NCBI GenBank assembly: GCA_040954595.2
Contig: CM082593.2
Span: 10,553,477 to 10,617,476 of the forward strand
From: Balanoglossus misakiensis
Taxonomy: Eukaryota > Animalia > Hemichordata
Direction of reading: 5' to 3'
DNA: 64,000 nt
Made by a program: the position numbers and the translations under genes. Positions 15,001 to 30,000 of the stretch are shown one piece after another. Each line of letters starts with the position of its first letter. The first letter of the stretch is position 1. The notes under the pieces were generated by a model that was not told the origin of the DNA, did no database searches, and was given only the letters and a program-made list of their open reading frames with translations.

Positions 15001-18000
15001 AAAAATCATGGGTTCTTCGATTTTTTTAAATAAAAACATGGGTGAAAATCATCAAAAAATGACAAATGTTCGACTTTGCAAAATCTCAAAATTTCGTCAA
15101 TTTTTGAAAACAATCATGGGGGAAAATCATCAAAAAATGACAAATTTTCGACTTTGTAAAATCTAACAATTTCGTCGATTTTGAAAAAAATCATAGGTTC
15201 GTCGATTTTTTAAAAAAAAACATGGGTGAAAATCATCACAAAATGACAAATTTTGAAAAAAAAACGGGTGAAAATCATCAAAAAATGACACATTTACGAC
15301 TTTGCAAAATCTCAAAATTTTGTCGATTTTTGGAAAAAAACCATGGGTGAAAATCATGAAAAAATGACAAATTTTCCTCTTTGCAAAATCTCAAAATTTC
15401 GTCGATTTTTGAAAAAATATCATGGGTGAAAATCATCACAAAATGACAAATTTTGAAAAAAAAACGGGTGAAAATCATCAAAAAATGACAAATTTTCGAC
15501 TTTGCAAAATCTCAAAATTTCGTCGATTTTTGAAAAAAATAATGGGGAAAATGATCAAAAAATGACAAATTTTCGACTGCAAAATTTCAAAATTTCGTCA
15601 ATTTTGAAAAAATCATGGGTGAAAATCATCAAAAAATGACAAATTTTCGACTGCAAAATCTCAAAATTTCGTCGATTTTTGAAAAAAAATCATGGGTAAA
15701 AATCATCAAAAATGACAAATTTTCGTCTTTGCAAAATCTCAAACTTTCGTCCATTTTTAAAAAACAATCATGGGGGAAAATCATCAAAAAATGACAAATT
15801 TTCGATTTTGCAAAATCTCAAAATTTCGTCGATTTTTGAAAAAAAATGTGTGAAAATCATCAAAAAATGACACATTTTCGTCGACTTTGCAAAATCTCAA
15901 AATTTCGTCGATTTTTGAAAAAAATCATGGGGGAAAATCATGAAAAAATGACAAATTTTCGACTTTGCAAAATCTCAAAATTTCGTCAATTTTGAATAAA
16001 AATCATGGGTGAAAATCATCAAAAAATGACAAATTTTCGACTTTGCAAAATCTCACAATTTCGTCGATTTTGTTCACCAAAAAATGAGAAATTTTCGGCT
16101 TTGCAAAATCTCAAAATTTCGTCAATTTTGAAAAAAATCATGGGTGAAAATCATCAAAAAATGACAAATTTTCGACTTTGCAAAATCTCAAAATTTCGTC
16201 GATTTTTGAAAAAAATCATGGGTGAAAATCATCAAAAAAATGACAAATTTTCGACTTTGCAAAATCTCAAAATTTCGTCAATTTTTGAAGAAAATCATGG
16301 GTGAAAATCATCAAAAAATGACAAATTTTCGACTTTGCAAAATCTCAAAATTTTTTCGATTGTTGAAAAAAATCATCGGTGAAAATCATCAAAAAATGAC
16401 AAATTTTCGACTTTGCAAAATCTCAAAATTTTGTTGATTTTTGAAAAAAATCATAGGTGAAAATCATCAAAAAATGACAAATTTTCGACTTTGCAAAATC
16501 TCAAAATTTCGTCGATTTTTGAAGAAAATCATGGGTGAAAATCATCAAAAAATGACAAATTTTGAAAAAAAAACGGGTGAAAATCATCAAAAAATGACAT
16601 ATTTACGACTTTGCAAAATCTCAAAATTTCGTCGATTTTTGAAAAAAAACCGGGTGAAAATCATCAAAAAATGACACATTTACGACTTTGCAAAATCTCA
16701 AAATTTCGTCGATTTTTGAAAAAAAATCATGGGTGAAAATCATCAAAAAATGACAAATTTTCGATTTTGCTAAATCTCAAAATTTCGTCGATTTTTGAAA
16801 AAAACGGGTGAAAATCATCAAAAAATGACACATTTTCGTCGACTTTGCAAAATCTCAAAATTTCGTCAATTTTGAAAAAAATCATCGGTGAAAATCATCA
16901 AAAAATTACAAATTTTTTACTGCAAAATCTCAAATTTTCGTCGATTTTTTAAAAAAATTGTTGAAAATCATCAAAAAATGACAAATTTTCCTCTCTTGCA
17001 AAATCTGAAAATTTCGTCGATTTTTGAGAAAAATCATGGGTGAAAATCAACAAAAAATGACAAATTTTCGACTTTGCAAAATCTCAAATTTTCGTCGATT
17101 TTTGAAAAAAATCATGGGGGAAAATGATCAAAAAATGACAAATTTTCGACTGCAAAATCTCAAAATTTCGTCAATTTTGAAAAAAATCATGGGTGAAAAT
17201 CATGAAAAAATGACAATTTTTTTACTGCAAAATCTCAAAATTTCATCGATTTTTGAAAAAAATCATGGGTGAAAATCATCAAAAAATGACAAATTTTCGA
17301 CTTTGCAAAATCTCAAAATTTCGTCGATTTTTGAAAAACAAAATCATGGGAAAAAATCTTCAAAAAATGACAAATTTTCGACTTTGCAAAATCTCAAAAT
17401 TTCGTCGATTTTTGAAAAAAATAATGGGGAAAATGATCAAAAAATGACAAATTTTCGACTGCAAAATTTCAAAATTTCGTCAATTTTGAAAAAATCATGG
17501 GTGAAAATCATCAAAAAATGACAAATTTTCGACTGCAAAATCTCAAAATTTCGTCGATTTTTGAAAAAAAACGGGTGAAAATCATCAAAAAATGACAAAT
17601 TTTCGACTGCAAAAACTCAAAATTTCGTCAATTTTGAAAAAAATCATGGGTGAAAATCATCAAAAAATGACAAATTTTCCTCTTTGCAAAATCTATAAAT
17701 TTCGTCGATTTTTGAAAAAAATCATGGGTGAAAATAATCAAAAAATGACAAATTTTCGACTTTGCAAAATCTCAAAATTTCGTCAATTTTGAAAAAAATC
17801 ATCGGTGAAAATCATCAAAAAATTACAAATTTTTTACTGCAAAATCTCAAATTTTCGTCGATTTTTTAAAAAAATTGTTGAAAATCATCAAAAAATGACA
17901 AATTTTCCTCTCTTGCAAAATCTGAAAATTTCGTCGATTTTTGAGAAAAATCATGGGTGAAAATCAACAAAAAATGACAAATTTTCGACTTTGCAAAATC

Positions 18001-21000
18001 TCAAATTTTCGTCGATTTTTGAAAAAAATCATGGGGGAAAATGATCAAAAAATGACAAATTTTCGACTGCAAAATCTCAAAATTTCGTCAATTTTGAAAA
18101 AAATCATGGGTGAAAATCATGAAAAAATGACAATTTTTTTACTGCAAAATCTCAAAATTTCATCGATTTTTGAAAAAAATCATGGGTGAAAATCATCAAA
18201 AAATGACAAATTTTCGACTTTGCAAAATCTCAAAATTTCGTCGATTTTTGAAAAACAAAATCATGGGAAAAAATCTTCAAAAAATGACAAATTTTCGACT
18301 TTGCAAAATCTCAAAATTTCGTCGATTTTTGAAAAAAATAATGGGGAAAATGATCAAAAAATGACAAATTTTCGACTGCAAAATTTCAAAATTTCGTCAA
18401 TTTTGAAAAAATCATGGGTGAAAATCATCAAAAAATGACAAATTTTCGACTGCAAAATCTCAAAATTTCGTCGATTTTTGAAAAAAAAACGGGTGAAAAT
18501 CATCAAAAAATGACAAATTTTCGACTGCAAAAACTCAAAATTTCGTCAATTTTGAAAAAAATCATGGGTGAAAATCATCAAAAAATGACAAATTTTCCTC
18601 TTTGCAAAATCTATAAATTTCGTCGATTTTTGAAAAATTTTCAACTTTGCAAAATCTCAAAATTTCGTCGATTTTAGAAAAAAATCATGGGGGAAAATCA
18701 TCAAAAAATGACAAATTTTCGACTGCAAAATCTCAAAATTTCGTCGATTTTTGAAATAAATCATTGTTGAAAATTATCAAAAAATGACAAATTTTCCTCT
18801 TTGCAAAATCTCAAAATTTCGTCGATTTTTTGAAAAAAGACGGGTGAAAATCATCTAAAAATGACAAATTTTCGACTTTGCAAAATCTCAAAATTTCGTT
18901 CATTTTTGAAAAAAATCATGGGGGAAAATCATCAAAAAATGACAAATTTACGACTACAAAATCTCAAAATTTCGTCGATTTGTGAAAAAAAATCATGGGT
19001 GAAAATCATCAAAAAATGACAAATTTTCGACTTTGCAAAATCTCAAAATTTTGCCAATTTTGAAAAAATCATGGGTGAAAATCATCAAAAAATGACAAAT
19101 TTTTTACTGCAAAATCTCAAATTTTCGTCGATTTTTTAAAAAAATTGTTGAAAATCGTCAAAAAATGACAAATTTTTGACTGCAAAATCTCAAAATTTCG
19201 TCTATTTTTGAAAAAAAATCATTGTTGAAAATCATCAAAAAATGACAAATTTTCCTCTTTGCAAAATCTCAAAATTTCGTCGATTTTTGAAAAAAGACAT
19301 GGGTGAAAATCATCAAAAAATGACAAATTTTCGACTTTGCAAAATCTCAAAATTTCGTCGATTTTTGAAAAAATCATGGGTGAAAATCATGAAAAAATGA
19401 CAAATTTTCGACTTTGCAAAATCTCAAAATTTCGTCGATTTTTGAAAAAATCATGGGTGAAAATCATGAAAAAATGACAAATTTTCGACTTTGCAAAATC
19501 TCAAAATTTCGTCGATTTTTGAAAAAAATCATGGGGGAAAATCATCAAAAAATGACAAATTTTCGACTGCAAAATCTCAAAATTTCGTCGATTTTTGAAA
19601 TAAATCATTGTTGAAAATTATCAAAAATTGACAAATTTTCCTCTTTGCAAAATCTCAAAATTTCGTCGATTTTTTGAAAAATTTTCAACTTTGCAAAATC
19701 TCAAAATTTCGTTGATTTTTGAAAAAAATCATGGGGGAAAATCATCAAAAATGACAAATTTACGACTACAAAATCTCAAAATTTCGTCAATTTTGAAAAA
19801 AATCATGGGTGAAAATCATCAAAAAATGACAAATTTTCGACTTTGCAAATCTGAAAATTTCATCGATTTTGAAAAATCATGGGTGAAAATCATGAAAAAA
19901 TGACAAATTTTCGACTGCAAATCTCAAAATTTCGTAGATTTTTGAAATAAATCATTGTTGAAAATTATCAAAAAATGACAAATTTTCCTCTTTGCAAAAT
20001 CTATAAATTTCGTCGATTTTTGAAAATTTTCGACTTTGCAAAATCTGAAAATTTCGTCGATTTTTGAGAAAAATCATGGGTGAAAATCATCAAAAAATGA
20101 CAAATTTTCGACTTTGCAAAATCTCAAATTTTCGTCGATTTTTGAAAAAAATCATGGGGGAAAATGATCAAAAAATGACAAATTTTCGACTGCAAAATCT
20201 CAAAATTTCGTCAATTTTGAAAAAATCATGGGTGAAAATCATGAAAAATGACATTTTTTTACTGCAAAATCTCAAAATTTCATCGATTTTTGAAAAAAAT
20301 CATGGGTGAAAATCATCAAAAAATGACAAATTTTCGACTTTGCAAAATCTCAAAATTTCGTCGATTTTTGAAGAAAATCAAGGGTGAAAATCATCAAAAA
20401 ATGACAAATTTTCGACTTTTGCAAAATCTCAAAATTTCGTCGATTTTTGAAAAAAATAATGGGGAAAATGATCAAAAAATGACAAATTTCGACTGCAAAA
20501 TTTCAAAATTTCGTCAATTTTGAAAAAATCATGGGTGAAAATCATCAAAAAATGACAAATTTTCGACTGCAAAATCTCAAAATTTCGTCGATTTTTGAAA
20601 AAAAAACGGGTGAAAATCATCAAAAAATGACAAATTTTCGACTGCAAAAACTCAAAATTTCGTCAATTTGAAAAAAATCATGGGTGAAAATCATCAAAAA
20701 ATGACAAATTTTCCTCTTTGCAAAATCTATAAATTTCGTCGATTTTTGAAAAATTTTCAACTTTGCAAAATCTCAAAATTTCGTCGATTTTAGAAAAAAT
20801 CATGGGGGAAAATCATCAAAAATGACAAATTTTCGACTGCAAAATCTCAAAATTTCGTCGATTTTTGAAATAAATCATTGTTGAAAATTATCAAAAAATG
20901 ACAAATTTTCCTCTTTTGCAAAATCTCAAAATTTCGTCGATTTTTGAAAAAAGACGGGTGAAAATCATCAAAAAATGACAAATTTACGACTACAAAATCT

Positions 21001-24000
21001 CAAAATTTCGTCGATTTGTGAAAAAAAATCATGGGTGAAAATCATCAAAAAATGACAAATTTTCGACTTTGCAAAATCTCAAAATTTTGCCAATTTTGAA
21101 AAAATCATGGGTGAAAATCATCAAAAAATGACAAATTTTTTACTGCAAAATCTCAAATTTTCGTCGATTTTTAAAAAAATTGTTGAAAATCATCAAAAAA
21201 TGACAAAATTTTCGACTTTGTAAAATCACAAAATTTCGTCGATTTTGAAAAAAATCATAGGTTCGTCGATTTTTAAAAAAAAAACATGGGTGAAAATCAT
21301 CAAAAAATGACAAATTAAAAAAAAACGGGTGAAAATCATCAAAAAATGACAAATTTTCCTCCTTGCAAAATCTCAAAATTTCGTCGATTTTTGAAAAAGA
21401 CATGGGTGAAAATCATCAAAAAATGACAAATTTTCGACTTTGCAAAATCTCAAAATTTCGTCAATTTTGAAAAAAATCATGGGTGAAAATCATCAAAAAA
21501 TGACAAATTTTCGACTTTGCAAAATCTCAAAATTTCGTCGATTTTTGAAAAAATCATGGGTGAAAATCATCAAAAAAATGACAAATTTTCGACTTTGCAA
21601 AATCTCAAAATTTCGTCAATTTTTGAAGAAAATCATGGGTGAAAATCATCAAAAAATGACAAATTTTCGACTTTGCAAAATCTCAAAATTTTTTCGATTG
21701 TTGAAAAAAATCATCGGTGAAAATCATCAAAAAATGACAAATTTTCGACTTTGCAAAATCTCAAAATTTTGTTGATTTTTGAAAAAATCATAGGTGAAAA
21801 TCATCAAAAAATGACAAATTTTCGACTTTGCAAAATCTCAAAATTTCGTCGATTTTTGAAGAAAATCATGGGTGAAAATCATCAAAAAATGACAAATTTT
21901 GAAAAAAAAAACGGGTGAAAATCATCAAAAAATGACATATTTACGACTTTGCAAAATCTCAAAATTTCGTCGATTTTTGAAAAAAAACCGGGTGAAAATC
22001 ATCAAAAAATGACACATTTACGACTTTGCAAAATCTCAAAATTTCGTCGATTTTTGAAAAAAAATCATGGGTGAAAATCATCAAAAAATGACAAATTTTC
22101 GATTTTGCTAAATCTCAAAATTTCGTCGATTTTTGAAAAAAACGGGTGAAAATCATCAAAAAATGACACATTTTCGTCGACTTTGCAAAATCTCAAAATT
22201 TCGTCGATTTTTGAAGAAAATCATGGGTGAAAATCATCAAAAAATTACAAATTTTCGACTTTGCAAAATCTCAAAATTTCGTCAATTTTGAAAAAAATCA
22301 TCGGTGAAAATCATCAAAAAATTACAAATTTTTTACTGCAAAATCTCAAATTTCGTCGATTTTTTAAAAAAATTGTTGAAAATCATCAAAAAATGACAAA
22401 TTTTCCTCTCTTGCAAAATCTGAAATTTCGTCGATTTTTGAGAAAAATCATGGGTGAAAATCAACAAAAAATGACAAATTTTCGACTTTGCAAAATCTCA
22501 AATTTTCGTCGATTTTTGAAAAAAATCATGGGGGAAAATGATCAAAAAATGACAAATTTTCGACTGCAAAATCTCAAAATTTCGTCAATTTTGAAAAAAA
22601 TCATGGGTGAAAATCATGAAAAAATGACAATTTTTTTACTGCAAAATTCTCAAAATTTCATCGATTTTTGAAAAAAATCATGGGTGAAAATCATCAAAAA
22701 ATGACAAATTTTCGACTTTGCAAAATCTCAAAATTTCGTCGATTTTTGAAAAACAAAATCATGGGAAAAAATCTTCAAAAAATGACAAATTTTCGACTTT
22801 GCAAAATCTCAAAATTTCGTCGATTTTTGAAAAAAAATAATGGGGGAAAATGATCAAAAAATGACAAATTTTCGACTGCAAAATTTCAAAATTTCGTCAA
22901 TTTTGAAAAAATCATGGGTGAAAATCATCAAAAAATGACAAATTTTCGACTGCAAAATCTCAAAATTTCGTCGATTTTTGAAAAAAAAACGGGTGAAAAT
23001 CATCAAAAAATGACAAATTTTCGACTGCAAAAACTCAAAATTTCGTCAATTTTGAAAAAAATCATGGGTGAAAATCATCAAAAAATGACAAATTTTCCTC
23101 TTTGCAAAATCTATAAATTTCGTCGATTTTTGAAAAAAATCATGGGTGAAAATAATCAAAAATGACAAATTTTCGACTTTGCAAAATCTCAAAATTTCGT
23201 CAATTTTGAAAAAAATCATCGGTGAAAATCATCAAAAAATTACAAAATTTTTTACTGCAAAATCTCAAATTTTCGTCGATTTTTTAAAAAAATTGTTGAA
23301 AATCATCAAAAATGACAAATTTTCCTCTCTTGCAAAATCTGAAAATTTCGTCGATTTTTGAGAAAAATCATGGGTGAAAATCAACAAAAAATGACAAATT
23401 TTCGACTTTGCAAAATCTCAAATTTTCGTCGATTTTTGAAAAAAATCATGGGGGAAAATGATCAAAAATGACAAATTTTCGACTGCAAAATCTCAAAATT
23501 TCGTCAATTTTGAAAAAAATCATGGGTGAAAATCATGAAAAAATGACAATTTTTTTACTGCAAAATCTCAAAATTTCATCGATTTTTGAAAAAAATCATG
23601 GGTGAAAATCATCAAAAATGACAAATTTTCGACTTTGCAAAATCTCAAAATTTCGTCGATTTTTGAAAAACAAAATCATGGGAAAAAATCTTCAAAAAAT
23701 GACAAATTTTCGACTGCAAAATCTCAAAATTTCGTCGATTTTTGAAAAAAAAACGGGTGAAAATCATCAAAAATGACAAATTTTCGACTGCAAAAACTCA
23801 AAATTTCGTCAATTTTGAAAAAAATCATGGGTGAAAATCATCAAAAAATGACAAATTTTCCTCTTTGCAAAATCTATAAATTTCGTCGATTTTTGAAAAA
23901 TTTTCAACTTTGCAAAATCTCAAAATTTCGTCGATTTTAGAAAAAAATCATGGGGGAAAATCATCAAAAAATGACAAATTTTCGACTGCAAAATCTCAAA

Positions 24001-27000
24001 ATTTCGTCGATTTTTGAAATAAATCATTGTTGAAAATTATCAAAAAATGACAAATTTTCCTCTTTGCAAAATCTCAAAATTTCGTCGATTTTTGAAAAAA
24101 GACGGGTGAAAATCATCTAAAAATGACAAATTTTCGACTTTGCAAAATCTCAAAATTTCGTTCATTTTTGAAAAAATCATGGGGGAAAATCATCAAAAAA
24201 TGACAAATTTACGACTACAAAATCTCAAAATTTCGTCGATTTGTGAAAAAAAATCATGGGTGAAAATCATCAAAAAATGACAAATTTTCGACTTTGCAAA
24301 ATCTCAAAATTTTGCCAATTTTGAAAAAATCATGGGTGAAAATCATCAAAAAATGACAAATTTTTTACTGCAAAATCTCAAATTTTCGTCGATTTTTTAA
24401 AAAAATTGTTGAAAATCGTCAAAAAATGACAAATTTTTTGACTGCAAAATCTCAAAATTTCGTCTATTTTTGAAAAAAAATCATTGTTGAAAATCATCAA
24501 AAAATGACAAATTTTCCTCTTTGCAAAATCTCAAAATTTCGTCGATTTTTGAAAAAAGACATGGGTGAAAATCATCAAAAAATGACAAATTTTCGACTTT
24601 GCAAAATCTCAAAATTTCGTCGATTTTTGAAAAAATCATGGGTGAAAATCATGAAAAAATGACAAATTTTCGACTTTGCAAAATCTCAAAATTTCGTCGA
24701 TTTTTGAAAAAATCATGGGTGAAAATCATGAAAAATGACAAATTTTCGACTTTGCAAAATCTCAAAATTTCGTCGATTTTTGAAAAAAAATCATGGGGGA
24801 AAATCATCAAAAAATGACAAATTTTCGACTGCAAAATCTCAAAATTTCGTCGATTTTTGAAATAAATCATTGTTGAAAATTATCAAAAATTGACAAATTT
24901 TCCTCTTTGCAAAATCTCAAAATTTCGTCGATTTTTTGAAAAATTTTCAACTTTGCAAAATCTCAAAATTTCGTTGATTTTTGAAAAAAATCATGGGGGA
25001 AAATCATCAAAAATGACAAATTTACGACTACAAAATCTCAAAATTTCGTCAATTTTGAAAAAAACATGGGTGAAAATCATCAAAAAATGACAAATTTTTC
25101 GACTTTGCAAAATCTGAAAATTTCATCGATTTTTGAAAAAATCATGGGTGAAAATCATGAAAAAATGACAAATTTTCGACTGCAAAATCTCAAAATTTCG
25201 TAGATTTTTGAAATAAATCATTGTTGAAAATTATCAAAAAATGACAAATTTTCCTCTTTGCAAAATCTATAAATTTCGTCGATTTTTGAAAAATTTTCAA
25301 CTTTGCAAAATCTCAAAATTTCGTCGATTTTTGAAAAAAATCATGGGGGAAAATCATCAAAAAATGACAAATTTTTGACTGAAAAATCTCAAATTTTCGT
25401 CGATTTTTTAAAAAAATTGTTGAAAATCATCAAAAAATGACAAATTTTTGACTTTGCAAAATCTCAAAATTTCGTCAATTTTGAAAAAAATCATGGGTGA
25501 AAATCATCAAAAAATGACAAATTTTCGACTTTGCAAAATCTGAAAATTTCGTCGATTTTTGAGAAAAATCATGGGTGAAAATCATCAAAAAATGACAAAT
25601 TTTTCGACTTTGCAAAATCTGAAAATTTCGTCGATTTTTGAGAAAAATCATGGGTGAAAATCATCAAAAAATGACAAATTTTCGACTTTGCAAAATCTCA
25701 AATTTTCGTCGATTTTTGAAAAAAATCATGGGGGAAAATGATCAAAAAATGACAAATTTTCGACTGCAAAATCTCAAAATTTCGTCAATTTTGAAAAAAA
25801 TCATGGGTGAAAATCATGAAAAAATGACAATTTTTTTACTGCAAAATCTCAAAATTTCATCGATTTTTGAAAAAATCATGGGTGAAAATCATCAAAAAAT
25901 GACAAATTTTCGACTTTGCAAAATCTCAAAATTTCGTCGATTTTTGAAGAAAATCAAGGGTGAAAATCATCAAAAAATGACAAATTTTCGACTTTGCAAA
26001 ATCTCAAAATTTCGTCGATTTTTGAAAAAAATAATGGGGAAAATGATCAAAAAATGACAAATTTTCGACTGCAAAATTTCAAAATTTCGTCAATTTTGAA
26101 AAAATCATGGGTGAAAATCATCAAAAAATGACAAATTTTCGACTGCAAAATCTCAAAATTTCGTCGATTTTTGAAAAAAAAACGGGTGAAAATCATCAAA
26201 AAATGACAAATTTTCGACTGCAAAAACTCAAAATTTCGTCAATTTTGAAAAAAATCATGGGTGAAAATCATCAAAAAATGACAAATTTTCCTCTTTGCAA
26301 AATCTATAAATTTCGTCGATTTTTGAAAAATTTTCAACTTTGCAAAATCTCAAAATTTCGTCGATTTTAGAAAAAAATCATGGGGGAAAATCATCAAAAA
26401 ATGACAAATTTTCGACTGCAAAATCTCAAAATTTCGTCGATTTTTGAAATAAATCATTGTTGAAAATTATCAAAAAATGACAAATTTTCCTCTTTGCAAA
26501 ATCTCAAAATTTCGTCGATTTTTTGAAAAAAGACGGGTGAAAATCATCAAAAAATGACAAATTTACGACTACAAAATCTCAAAATTTCGTCGATTTGTGA
26601 AAAAAAATCATGGGTGAAAATCATCAAAAAATGACAAATTTTCGACTTTGCAAAATCTCAAAATTTTGCCAATTTTGAAAAAATCATGGGTGAAAATCAT
26701 CAAAAAATGACAAATTTTTTACTGCAAAATCTCAAATTTTCGTCGATTTTTTAAAAAAATTGTTGAAAATCATCAAAAAATGACAAAATTTTCGACTTTG
26801 TAAAATCACAAAATTTCGTCGATTTTGAAAAAAATCATAGGTTCGTCGATTTTTAAAAAAAAAACATGGGTGAAAATCATCAAAAAATGACAAATTTAAA
26901 AAAAAACGGGTGAAAATCATCAAAAAATGACAAATTTTCCTCCTTGCAAAATCTCAAAATTTCGTCGATTTTTGAAAAAAGACATGGGTGAAAATCATCA

Positions 27001-30000
27001 AAAAATGACAAATTTTCGACTTTGCAAAATCTCAAAATTTCGTCAATTTTGAAAAAAATCATGGTCGAAAATCATCAAATAATGACAATTTTTTTACTGC
27101 AAAATCTCAAAATTTCATCGATTTTTGAAAAAAATCATGGGTGAAAATCATCAAAAAATGACAAATTTTCGACTTTGCAAAATCTCAAAATTTCGTCGAT
27201 TTTTGAAGAAAATCAAGGGTGAAAATCATCAAAAAATGACAAATTTTCGACTTTGCAAAATCTGAAAATTTCGTCGATTTTTGAAAAAAATCATGGGTGA
27301 AAATCATCAAAAAATGACAAATTTTTGACTGCAAAATCTCAAAATTTCGTCAATTTTTGAAAAAAATCATGGTTGAAATCATCATGACAATGACAAATTT
27401 TCGACTTTGCAAAATCTCAAAATTTCGTCGATTTTGAAAAAAATCATGGGTTCGTCCATTTTTGAAAAAAAAACATTGGGTGAAAATCATCAAAAATGAC
27501 AAATTTTCGACTTTGCAAAATCTCAAAATTTCGTCGATTTTTGAAGAAAATCATGGGTGAAAATCATCAAAAATTGACAAATTTTCCTCTTTGCAAAATC
27601 TCAAAATTTCGTCGATTTTTTGAAAATTTTCAACTTTGCAAAATCTCAAAATTTCGTTGATTTTTGAAAAAAAGCATGGGGGAAAATCATCAAAATGACA
27701 AATTTACGACTACAAAATCTCAAAATTTCGTCGATTTGTGAAAAAAAATCATGGGTGAAAATCATCAAAAAATGACAAATTTTTGACTTTGCACAATCTC
27801 AAAATTTCGTCAATTTTGAAAAAAATCATGGGTGAAAATCATCAAAAAATGACAAATTTTCGACTTTGCAAAATCTGAAAATTTCATCGATTTTTGAAAA
27901 AATCATGGGTGAAAATCATGAAAAAATGACAAATTTTCGACTGCAAAATCTCAAAATTTCGTCGATTTTTGAAATAAATCATTGTTGAAAATTATCAAAA
28001 AATGACAAATTTTCCTCTTTGCAAAATCTATAAATTTCGTCGATTTTTGAAAAATTTTCAACTTTGCAAAATCTCAAAATTTCGTCGATTTTTGAAAAAA
28101 ATCATGGGGGAAAATCATCAAAAAATGACAAATTTTTGACTGAAAAATCTCAAATTTTCGTCGATTTTTTAAAAAAATTGTTGAAAATCATCAAAAAATG
28201 ACAAATTTTTGACTTTGCAAAATCTCAAAATTTCGTCAATTTTGAAAAAAATCATGGGTGAAAATCATCAAAAAATGACAAATTTTCGACTTTGCAAAAT
28301 CTGAAAATTTCGTCGATTTTTGAGAAAAATCATGGGTGAAAATCATCAAAAAATGACAAATTTTCGACTTTGCAAAATCTGAAAATTTCGTCGATTTTTG
28401 AGAAAAATCATGGGTGAAAATCATCAAAAAATGACAAATTTTCGACTTTGCAAAATCTCAAATTTTCGTCGATTTTTGAAAAAATCATGGGGGAAAATGA
28501 TCAAAAAATGACAAATTTTCGACTGCAAAATCTCAAAATTTCGTCAATTTTGAAAAAAATCATGGGTGAAAATCATGAAAAAATGACAATTTTTTTACTG
28601 CAAAATCTCAAAATTTCATCGATTTTTGAAAAAAATCATGGGTGAAAATCATCAAAAAATGACAAATTTTCGACTTTGCAAAATCTCAAAATTTCGTAGA
28701 TTTTTGAAGAAAATCAAGGTGAAAATCATCAAAAAATGACAAATTTTCGACTTTGCAAAATCTCAAAATTTCGTCGATTTTGAAAAAAATAATGGGGAAA
28801 ATGATCAAAAAATGACAAATTTTCGACTGCAAAATTTCAAAATTTCGTCAATTTTGAAAAAATCATGGGTGAAAATCATCAAAAAATGACAAATTTTCGA
28901 CTGCAAAATCTCAAAATTTCGTCGATTTTTGAAAAAAAACGGGTGAAAATCATCAAAAAATGACAAATTTTCGACTGCAAAAACTCAAAATTTCGTCAAT
29001 TTTGAAAAAAATCATGGGTGAAAATCATCAAAAAATGACAAATTTTCCTCTTTGCAAAATCTATAAATTTCGTCGATTTTTGAAAAATTTTCAACTTTGC
29101 AAAATCTCAAAATTTCGTCGATTTTAGAAAAAAATCATGGGGGAAAATCATCAAAAAATGACAAATTTTCGACTGCAAAATCTCAAAATTTCGTCGATTT
29201 TTGAAATAAATCATTGTTGAAAATTATCAAAAAATGACAAATTTTCCTCTTTGCAAAATCTCAAAATTTCGTCGATTTTTTGAAAAAAGACGGGTGAAAA
29301 TCATCAAAAAATGACAAATTTTCGACTTTGCAAAATCTCAAAATTTCGTCGATTTTTGAAGAAAATCAAGGGTGAAAATCATCAAAAAATGACAAATTTT
29401 CGACTTTGCAAATCTCAAAATTTCGTCGATTTTTGAAAAAAATAATGGGGAAAATGATCAAAAAATGACAAATTTTCGACTGCAAAATTTCAAAATTTCG
29501 TCAATTTTGAAAAATCATGGGTGAAAATCATCAAAAATGACAAATTTCGACTGCAAAATCTCAAAATTTCGTCGATTTTTGAAAAAAAACGGGTGAAAAT
29601 CATCAAAAAATGACAAATTTTCGACTGCAAAAACTCAAAATTTCGTCAATTTTGAAAAAAATCATGGGTGAAAATCATCAAAAAATGACAAATTTTCCTC
29701 TTTGCAAAATCTATAAATTTCGTCGATTTTTGAAAAATTTTCAACTTTGCAAAATCTCAAAATTTCGTCGATTTTTGAAAAAAATCATGGGGGAAAATCA
29801 TCAAAAAATGACAAATTTTTGACTGAAAAATCTCAAATTTTCGTCGATTTTTTAAAAAATTGTTGAAAATCATCAAAAAATGACAAATTTTTGACTTTGC
29901 AAAATCTCAAAATTTCGTCAATTTTGAAAAAAATCATGGGTGAAAATCATCAAAAAATGACAAATTTTCGACTTTGCAAAATCTGAAAATTTCGTCGATT

